This document shows, piece after piece, positions 1 through 6,149 of a DNA stretch of 20,000 nucleotides. Where the stretch lies: IMG/VR virus record IMGVR_UViG_3300017754_000635; one strand, given 5' to 3'. Origin of the DNA: an uncultured virus (IMG/VR IMGVR_UViG_3300017754_000635) (taxonomy: Duplodnaviria; Heunggongvirae; Uroviricota; Caudoviricetes). The notes under the pieces are model-generated. The model was not told where the DNA came from, did not search any database, and was given only the letters and a program-made list of their open reading frames with translations. Position numbers and translations under genes: made by a program. Position 1 is the stretch's first letter; each line of letters opens with the position of its first letter.

Positions 1-35
1 CGCCACCGGGCTGGACCAAGATAGATACGATATAG
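1..35 (+). CDS. 3' end of an upstream gene (partial; ...PPGWTKIDTI*)
   Basis: The frame starting at base 3 reads PPGWTKIDTI to TAG at 33-35, 2 nt before the next ATG at 38, which fits the tight packing of the operon. It is too short to assign a function. Confidence 0.4.
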   Translation, partial: PPGWTKIDTI

Positions 36-37
36 AA

Positions 38-655
38 ATGATTGATCCGGTAACAATTGGCTTGGCTGTTGCAGGGGTTAAGGCGGTTGTCACCGGAGTA
101 AAGGAAGCCGCCGCTCTTGCCAAGGAAGCGTTCGATGAGATCAACGGCGCGGTAGAGTCAGGTAAAACGCTGGCTGATTCGATGTCGGGGGTCACCAAGT
201 TCTTCTCGGCGGCGGGCAAGTACGAGACTAAGCGCAGCCAGCTTGAAGAAGCCAAGGTAGCGCAAGAAGCAGCGGTCGCTAAAGGTGAGCCTGTACCGGA
301 TTATGTGTCTGATGCCGAGTACGTCATGGAGCTAATGATTATTGATCGTCAGATCAAGCAGTACTACGACAATATCAAGCATATTTTTACCTACCACTTC
401 CAAGAAGCCGGGATGTGGGATGAGTTCTGGCAGCGCATGAATAAACTGCGCTCTGAGCGAGAAGCAAAAGCTGAAGCCGCCAGACAGGCTGAAACAGAAA
501 AAAGGCTTGAGGCAAAACGTATTGAAATGAAGAAGCGCCGCGAACGGCAGCGCCTAATAGATGGTATTGAAGCAGTAGGTGCAGGTATCGTTATCGTCAT
601 TATTATTTTGATGTTCTGCTGGGCTATATGGTGGATGTTTCAACAAGGAGGTTGA
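38..655 (+). CDS. Hypothetical phage protein with a coiled coil and C-terminal transmembrane helix, adjacent to the lysis cassette
   Basis: 205 aa. Mildly hydrophobic N-terminus (MIDPVTIGLAVAGVKAVV), E/K/R/A-rich helical middle, and a strongly hydrophobic C-terminal segment (AVGAGIVIVIIILMFCWAIWWMF). The stop lies 1 nt before the holin ATG. Confidence 0.8.
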   Translation: MIDPVTIGLAVAGVKAVVTGVKEAAALAKEAFDEINGAVESGKTLADSMSGVTKFFSAAGKYETKRSQLEEAKVAQEAAVAKGEPVPDYVSDAEYVMELMIIDRQIKQYYDNIKHIFTYHFQEAGMWDEFWQRMNKLRSEREAKAEAARQAETEKRLEAKRIEMKKRRERQRLIDGIEAVGAGIVIVIIILMFCWAIWWMFQQGG

Positions 656-656
656 C

Positions 657-1067
657 ATGCTAGGACTAGACGCGCTGCTGGGTATCGGCGGCAAACTGAT
701 CGACAAACTGATTCCTGACCCTGAACAGAAGGCCAAGGCGCAGTTAGAACTCGCCAAGATGGCGCAGGATGGTGAACTTGCCAAGATGGCAAATGAAACC
801 GACTTGTACAAGACGGAGCAGAATAACCTGACCGAGCGGCTAAAGGCCGACATGGGTAGTGACAGTTGGCTGTCAAAAAATATCCGTCCGCTAACGCTTG
901 TCTACATCTTGGTGGCCTACATGGCACTCGCCATTCTTGACGCTGCGCTGGTTGACATTGCCGACTCGTTCGTAGAGCTGCTGGGGCAGTGGGGGATGCT
1001 TGTGATGTCGTTTTACTTTGGCGGCAGAACGCTTGAGAAGATCATTGATATGCGGGCAAAGAAATGA
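657..1067 (+). CDS. Holin, 'holin of 3TMs for gene-transfer release' (GTA-holin)-like
   Basis: 136 aa. It has the family-like pattern GKLIDKLIPDPEQKAKAQLEL...DSWLSKNIRP, followed by hydrophobic helices and a YFGGRTLEK tail. Shine-Dalgarno GGAGGT at 647-652. Overlaps the endolysin start (ATGA). Confidence 0.8.
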   Translation: MLGLDALLGIGGKLIDKLIPDPEQKAKAQLELAKMAQDGELAKMANETDLYKTEQNNLTERLKADMGSDSWLSKNIRPLTLVYILVAYMALAILDAALVDIADSFVELLGQWGMLVMSFYFGGRTLEKIIDMRAKK

Positions 1068-1576
1068 AAGAAAACTTCAACGAAGCCCTTAAGGCCATTC
1101 TTAAACACGAGGGTGGGTTCGTCAATCACCCGAAAGACCCCGGCGGCATGACCAATCTGGGCGTGACCAAAAAAGTCTGGGAAGAGTGGGTAGGCCACCC
1201 TGTTGACGAAAAGGCAATGCGCGCCCTGACACCCGAGGTGGTGGGTCCTATGTACAGGAAGAAGTATTGGGATGCTGTTAAGGCTGATGATCTGCCTGAT
1301 GGTTTGGACTACCTGATGTTTGACTTCGCTATTAACGCGGGTCCCGGTCGTGCGATTAAGACCATGCAAAAAGCCATCGGTACCACGCCTGACGGCGCTA
1401 TTGGTCCCAAGACCATGCAAGCATTAAAAGATGCCAATCAGAGCGAATTAGTGGCAAAATTCAGTGCAGAAAAGGAAGCGTTTTACCGCAGTCTGCCTAC
1501 GTTTGCAACATTCGGTAAAGGGTGGCTGCGCCGCGTCGCCGAGGCTAAGACTCACGCTGAAACGATGATTGCCTAA
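1064..1576 (+). CDS. Endolysin, glycoside hydrolase family 108 with a C-terminal peptidoglycan-binding (PG_binding_3-like) region
   Basis: 170 aa. HEGGFVNHPKDPGGMTNLGVT matches the GH108 EGGY/F...DPGGxTxxGI/V catalytic motif. FDFAINAG, DGAIGPKT and the C-terminal FGKGWLRRV are also typical of the family. Confidence 0.92.
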   Translation: MKENFNEALKAILKHEGGFVNHPKDPGGMTNLGVTKKVWEEWVGHPVDEKAMRALTPEVVGPMYRKKYWDAVKADDLPDGLDYLMFDFAINAGPGRAIKTMQKAIGTTPDGAIGPKTMQALKDANQSELVAKFSAEKEAFYRSLPTFATFGKGWLRRVAEAKTHAETMIA

Positions 1577-1587
1577 AAGGAAATACG

Positions 1588-2304
1588 ATGCCAAGTACAT
1601 ACTCCCCCGATCTGCGGATCGAGCTAATTGCCAACGGTGAAAAATCCGGTACGTGGGGCACGATCACCAACGACAACCTCGGTGTCATTATCGAGGACGC
1701 TATCTCGGGCTTGGCATCGGTTTCCATCACGTCAGCAAACCAAGCACTGACAGCCCAGAACGGCGCAGTAGACCAAGCGCGGTGTGCAGCGGTTAGCCTG
1801 ACCACAACGACCACCGCCCCATTCAACGTCTACGTACCCCCGGTCACCAAGTTGTACGTAGTCACTAACCCATCAGGGTATACGGCAACAATCTATTGCT
1901 CAACCGTCCTTGGTAATACCACAGCAGCAGGTACAGGCGTAGCTATCCCCACAGGCAAGTCAGTCTTGCTTCGTGCAGACGGCACCAACGTGGTGGAGCA
2001 GCTAAACCACATCACAGGCAACCTATCGATTGGCGGTACGCTAAACGTCACCGGCGCGGTGGCTGGCGCTAGTTTTACCGGACCACTGACAGGCAACGTC
2101 ACAGGCAATGTGGCAGGTAATGTGACGGGCAATCTGACAGGCAACGTAGCCGCAGGTGCGGGGACAATTGCGACAACCAACTTCACCTTTACCGAAGTGG
2201 GCGGGGTGTTGTATCTGAAGAATGGCGCAACCAATATTTTGAAGATTGACTCGCTGGGCAATGTCACTGCTCTGGCTAACCTGACCGCCTACGGCACGGT
2301 GTAA
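1588..2304 (+). CDS. Short tail fibre protein
   Basis: 238 aa, T/G/N/V-rich. N-terminal MPSTYSPDLRIELIANGEKSGTWG is an attachment-type motif, followed by TGNV repeats and a beta-helix-like C-terminus (LKIDSLGNVTALANLTAYGTV). An AAGGA Shine-Dalgarno lies upstream. Confidence 0.75.
   Translation: MPSTYSPDLRIELIANGEKSGTWGTITNDNLGVIIEDAISGLASVSITSANQALTAQNGAVDQARCAAVSLTTTTTAPFNVYVPPVTKLYVVTNPSGYTATIYCSTVLGNTTAAGTGVAIPTGKSVLLRADGTNVVEQLNHITGNLSIGGTLNVTGAVAGASFTGPLTGNVTGNVAGNVTGNLTGNVAAGAGTIATTNFTFTEVGGVLYLKNGATNILKIDSLGNVTALANLTAYGTV
2089..2148 (+). repeat. Five degenerate 12-nt tandem coding repeats encoding TGNV-TGNV-AGNV-TGNL-TGNV
   Basis: Read directly: ACAGGCAACGTC ACAGGCAATGTG GCAGGTAATGTG ACGGGCAATCTG ACAGGCAACGTA. 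Confidence 0.9.
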
Positions 2305-2306
2305 AT

Positions 2307-3182
2307 ATGGCGCTGCCCTCGTCTGGCCCGCTGGCGTTTACCAACATCCAAACTGAGTTTGGTGGCACGAATCCTATTGGTCTGAACGAATACTACCGGG
2401 GTGGTCCTTTTGTGCCGGTAAGCAGTAATACAACCACGATCCCGTCGTCAGGCACGATTGCGGCAAATAACTTCTACGGCACTGCCAAGCGGGTTGATGT
2501 TCCTTTGACCATCGGCTCACCAGTCTACAACTACGATGTATACACACAAGCCTCCGCAGCACCCAGTTATGTGGCAGGTATTTCAAATGTAAATGTCACA
2601 GTGTCCCCCGGCGTACAGGTAGGCAGCACTTCAACGGGCACATACGCCATGCTGGTGCCAAGCTCATTTAGCCCCGGCGATACAGTTGCCATTACCAACA
2701 ACGGCGTTATCCAAGGTCGTGGCGGCGATGGAGGTGGTGGGCAGTTTGGTGCAAGCAACGGTAATCCCGGTGGTGGCGGAGGCAACGCACTGTACGTCAA
2801 CCGTCCTGTGACCATTACGAACAATAGCGTCATCGCTGGTGGCGGCGGTGGTGGTGGCGCAGGTGCAGGTTTGACCCCCAATAAAGGCCCTTCTGATTGG
2901 GGTGGCGGTGGTGGAGGCGGTGCAGGCTTTGACGGTGGTTCTGGCGGCGGGGGGGGCTATCCCGGTGGTGGCGGTAATAGCAGCTCGGGTGGAGGCGGTG
3001 GTGGTGGCCCCGGACCCGGTGGACCGGGTGGTGGTAGAGGTGCTGCTGGAAGTAATGGTAGCCCGATTGGTGGTGCAAACCCACGTTCTGGAGGTCCCGG
3101 AGGCGGCGCTGGCTACTACATTATTGGTAATCCGTTTGTGACATGGGCGGCAACAGGAACGAGACAAGGGCCAGCGGGGTGA
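2307..3182 (+). CDS. Glycine-rich receptor-recognising adhesin, T2/T6/S16 gp38-like (polyglycine II domain)
   Basis: 291 aa. IQGRGGDGG, GGGGGNALYVNRPVTITNNSVIAGGGGGGG and the terminal GGAGYYIIGNPFVTWAATGTRQG parallel the gp38 pattern as I recall it (xYGRGGxGG...INNxGAIAGGGGGGG...GGAAGxAVxGxxPTWxxxGxIYG). It lies directly after the fibre gene. Confidence 0.75.
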   Translation: MALPSSGPLAFTNIQTEFGGTNPIGLNEYYRGGPFVPVSSNTTTIPSSGTIAANNFYGTAKRVDVPLTIGSPVYNYDVYTQASAAPSYVAGISNVNVTVSPGVQVGSTSTGTYAMLVPSSFSPGDTVAITNNGVIQGRGGDGGGGQFGASNGNPGGGGGNALYVNRPVTITNNSVIAGGGGGGGAGAGLTPNKGPSDWGGGGGGGAGFDGGSGGGGGYPGGGGNSSSGGGGGGGPGPGGPGGGRGAAGSNGSPIGGANPRSGGPGGGAGYYIIGNPFVTWAATGTRQGPAG

Positions 3183-3183
3183 T

Positions 3184-3525
3184 ATGGATAAAGTAAGAAT
3201 GCGAATTGTTGGGTACGACGACATCAGCCACTCGCTGGTAGTTTGTTTTGCGTCGGATACTACCAAGAGCCAAGACCCGATGGACTACCCAACCTATGCT
3301 TTTCAACCACTGACCATGTGGCCTGACGTGACAGACCCTAACGAAATCAAAAAGCGTATCGCTATGGCGGGGATGCACCACGCTCAGATGCAGGAAGCCA
3401 AGGAAAACTTTATTGCTGACCAACAGCGCGTCAACGCATTCAAGCAGATGGTAGGGCAAGTGCATGAGTTCACAGTCAACGAGTTGACCGTCGTGGCGCA
3501 CGAGACTCCATTTCAGGTGGTATGA
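3184..3525 (+). CDS. Hypothetical protein (possibly fibre/adhesin assembly-related)
   Basis: 113 aa ORF starting 1 nt after the adhesin stop and overlapping the next start. No motif recognised. Confidence 0.7.
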   Translation: MDKVRMRIVGYDDISHSLVVCFASDTTKSQDPMDYPTYAFQPLTMWPDVTDPNEIKKRIAMAGMHHAQMQEAKENFIADQQRVNAFKQMVGQVHEFTVNELTVVAHETPFQVV

Positions 3526-3998
3526 TGAGACGCAAACCCTACGCTGCATTTGGCCGCGTCCTATACGCAAACTACTACGACAAAGGCGATGTGGTCGAGG
3601 TGCAGACCAACGCTTCCAGCCGGATCGTATTGTTCTTCAGCGAGGGTAACTTCACGGCGCGGGACAAATACACAGGCGAAGTGCAGCTTCAGTGCAACAC
3701 GGGTTGGTTCTCTTACGGCGACCATCAAGACCGACTGATGCTGTGTACTGCCAACGAGCCGACTGTGTGCTGGTGTTATGACCCGGAGATCAACCAAGGG
3801 TATGTGCCGCCCATTAGCGTGTTTGAAATGAAGCAGGGGCAGGAGATGTTCTTGGATTCAAATACAACGCTGTTCCTGTGCAAGGGCACCATGCTGGTTA
3901 ACGAGCGCCAGTACATGGGTCCGTATCAGTTGGCGGTGCGTACTAACGGCAACAAAGCTGTGGCAATAACCGATGTCAACGGACTACTGTTTAGATGA
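3522..3998 (+). CDS. Hypothetical beta-rich protein, probably a degenerate (bi)cupin/DSBH fold without metal ligands
   Basis: 158 aa. Two cupin-like strand motifs (VLFFSEGNFTA and LFLCKGTMLVN) and no HxD/HxH...H set. ATGA overlaps at both ends. Confidence 0.6.
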   Translation: MMRRKPYAAFGRVLYANYYDKGDVVEVQTNASSRIVLFFSEGNFTARDKYTGEVQLQCNTGWFSYGDHQDRLMLCTANEPTVCWCYDPEINQGYVPPISVFEMKQGQEMFLDSNTTLFLCKGTMLVNERQYMGPYQLAVRTNGNKAVAITDVNGLLFR

Positions 3999-4525
3999 AA
4001 CATGCGACGAAGCTGCCGATCAGTATTGATCTGTCCCCGTTCAGGGAAGAGCTTCTTGCGCCCCATCAAAAGTATTACCGTGTTCAGAAGTACGCCCGCA
4101 ACTTAGACGGCACATCCATTCCTTACACTGAGACGCTGAGGGTTTTGAATGAAGCAGAATTTGTGGCGCAGCTACCAGAAGCGTTGGTTGCTATCGAATG
4201 GCCTAGCGTGTTCTTGCTTGAACTCCCTGCCTTGGATGCGCAAAACCCCGTGCTACCTGCACACGTAGACATCAACAAGACCTGCGGTATCAACGTCTAT
4301 CTGCATACGCATGGTGAAGTAACTAAGTTTTACCGATGGGGGCGAGATAGCCGACAGTCTGAGTATGTAGAAGAGTTCTGCGCAGACACTGGGGATGTGT
4401 GGCTGATGGATACATCGGTGCCGCATTCGGTGGACATGCTGCCTAATAAGTCACGCAGGATGCTGACGTTTTCCTTTACCAAGGCCAAGTATGCGGAGGT
4501 GCTTTCGTGCTTCGCAACCAGATAA
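3995..4525 (+). CDS. 2OG-Fe(II) dioxygenase-like DSBH protein #1
   Basis: 176 aa. LPAHVD (HxD at 4262-4270), GDVWLMDTSVPHSV (distal His) and RRMLTFSF (2OG-binding Arg strand). Confidence 0.75.
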   Translation: MKHATKLPISIDLSPFREELLAPHQKYYRVQKYARNLDGTSIPYTETLRVLNEAEFVAQLPEALVAIEWPSVFLLELPALDAQNPVLPAHVDINKTCGINVYLHTHGEVTKFYRWGRDSRQSEYVEEFCADTGDVWLMDTSVPHSVDMLPNKSRRMLTFSFTKAKYAEVLSCFATR

Positions 4526-5067
4526 TCCGGGACATAAAGGCGGACAACGGCAGAAGGCTTACGGTTTACGACAACGTATTGGATTTTGAGTTTCGCAATA
4601 GGGTGTACAACTTTGCGCAGAGTTCACTGTTCCAAATAGGCTGGGCGGACGGGTGCATCGTAGAGAATAAACAGCACAGGTTTTTGCACTCGGTGTATTC
4701 GGACGAAGACTTGGCTCGGTTGGGAATATTGGAAAGGTTGGCAGAAACGCCGGTAGCGCAAGAAGTGGTGGGGTACAAGCGGACTAAGTGCATATTGAAC
4801 CTGTCCACCCCAGCGGATGCCAACTTTGTGCATTCGCATCCAGAAGAAAAGATTTTGCTGTACTACGTCAATCTGGAATGGAAGGACGGATGGCATGGCG
4901 AGACGCTGTTCTTTGATGAGTCGTGTAAGGACGTTGTGTACACAAGCCCGTATACACCGGGACGCATTATTGCTTTTGATGGGAGAACGCCGCACACCAT
5001 CAGGCCGCAGTCGTTCTTGTCGCCGTTTTACAGATTTACCCTAACGCTGATCTACACAAAATGCTGA
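4507..5067 (+). CDS. 2OG-Fe(II) dioxygenase-like protein #2 (prolyl-hydroxylase-like; HxH variant)
   Basis: 186 aa. GTG start with GGAGGT at 4495-4500. Motifs HSH...LLYYVNLEWKDGWHGETLF...PGRIIAFDGRTPH...YRFTL. Confidence 0.8.
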   Translation: MLRNQIIRDIKADNGRRLTVYDNVLDFEFRNRVYNFAQSSLFQIGWADGCIVENKQHRFLHSVYSDEDLARLGILERLAETPVAQEVVGYKRTKCILNLSTPADANFVHSHPEEKILLYYVNLEWKDGWHGETLFFDESCKDVVYTSPYTPGRIIAFDGRTPHTIRPQSFLSPFYRFTLTLIYTKC

Positions 5068-5546
5068 TCGTGTTGGATGACGTTTTAAGCGAGCCGCACC
5101 GACAGGCGGTAGTGGGTTTTTTCTCCCAAAGCGACGAGGCGCGGGCGATGAAGTGGGAGCCGGGTGGGGTAGACAAGTTACACGGTAATAACTCACCAAT
5201 GGCGCTTTTGTTGAAACGGGCGGCTGATTATTTTGATTTGTCCTTGATGGTTGGCAGTGAATACTGGGCGCATTACGGAACCCGACCAGACTGGCATATT
5301 GACAGGGATGAGAAGCTGCACCAGATGTCGGGCAATACGGAGTGCCCGATTTGCAGCATTGTCTACTACGCCGACATTGACGTGGTGGGCGGCAACTTTG
5401 TAACGGAGACGATCTCTGTGCAGCCAGTAACGAACAGGATGATTGTGTTTCCCCCCGGCTTGATGCATGGGGTGGAGAAATATACCGGGACGCGCTTATC
5501 GGTGGCTGTAAATCCGTGGGCGCATAAACCTTTGGGATACGTATGA
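5061..5546 (+). CDS. 2OG-Fe(II) dioxygenase #3 (prolyl 4-hydroxylase-like)
   Basis: 161 aa. IVLDDVLS, WHID (HxD at 5295-5303), SIVYY, GGNF, NRMIVFPPGLMHGV and RLSVAVN give a complete HxD...H...RxS set. Confidence 0.85.
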   Translation: MLIVLDDVLSEPHRQAVVGFFSQSDEARAMKWEPGGVDKLHGNNSPMALLLKRAADYFDLSLMVGSEYWAHYGTRPDWHIDRDEKLHQMSGNTECPICSIVYYADIDVVGGNFVTETISVQPVTNRMIVFPPGLMHGVEKYTGTRLSVAVNPWAHKPLGYV

Positions 5547-6142
5547 TTATTGCAATACCGCCGCGCATGAACTACGGACAGGAGGAGATCGCCTTTTGGG
5601 ACGGCTTTCTGACCGAGGAAGAGATCAACTTCCTTTTAGCCCAGCCTGAGTGGGTGCAGCGCGAGGCGGGTTGCGTTGGGGGTGTTGGCGGTGCAGTAGT
5701 TGACCCAAGCATCCGGGAGACAAGTGTTGGCTGGATAGGGCCAAAGCCCGAGATGGAAGCTTTGTGGGGCAAGCTCTCCCGAGTAGTGGCAGAGGTCAAC
5801 CGACGCTACTTCCATTTTGATCTGACCGGCTTCCATGAGCCTATGCAACTGGGGGTTTACACCGGCGATACGGGTGGGCATTATGGCTGGCATACGGATG
5901 CGTCTTCGCAGGATTCTGGGGTGCCGCGCAAGCTGTCGATGGCGCTTCTATTGTCAGACCCGTCCGAGTTTGAAGGTGGTGAATTTCAGGTAAAGACAAC
6001 GAATGATGAAGCCAAGACGTTGGAGTCAAAGCGCGGCAGGGCTTGGTTCTTTCCGTCCTACACGTTGCATCGAGTGACCCCTGTGACCAAAGGCGTTCGG
6101 CGTTCGTTGGTGTTATGGGTCGGTGGCCCACCGTTTAAATAG
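5543..6142 (+). CDS. 2OG-Fe(II) dioxygenase #4, PKHD-type (PiuC/YbiX-like) hydroxylase
   Basis: 199 aa. GHYGWHTD (HxD at 5891-5899), RKLSMALLLSDPSEFEGGEF and FFPSYTLHRVTPVTKGVRRSLVLW are canonical PKHD-type motifs. Confidence 0.9.
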   Translation: MIIAIPPRMNYGQEEIAFWDGFLTEEEINFLLAQPEWVQREAGCVGGVGGAVVDPSIRETSVGWIGPKPEMEALWGKLSRVVAEVNRRYFHFDLTGFHEPMQLGVYTGDTGGHYGWHTDASSQDSGVPRKLSMALLLSDPSEFEGGEFQVKTTNDEAKTLESKRGRAWFFPSYTLHRVTPVTKGVRRSLVLWVGGPPFK

Positions 6143-6149
6143 GTCAACT

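Noticed and set aside
2949..2956. G8 homopolymer in the adhesin as a phase-variation or frameshift site leading into the Val-rich ORF 2902-3141
   Set aside because: G runs are expected in polyglycine codons, the frame is intact, and the Val-rich alternative frame is a by-product of GGT repeats. Read-level length variation would be needed to support it.
3995..6142. Oxygenases as AlkB or TET/JBP-type DNA-modifying enzymes
   Set aside because: The motifs are PKHD/prolyl-hydroxylase-like, and no methylase, glycosyltransferase or replication genes are nearby. This is disfavoured rather than excluded.
6123..6149. ORF-track start at GTG 6123 for the tail hub gene
   Set aside because: It overlaps the preceding gene. 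ATG 6150 has an AGGT Shine-Dalgarno and gives a more plausible N-terminus (MPLQKLQFRPG).
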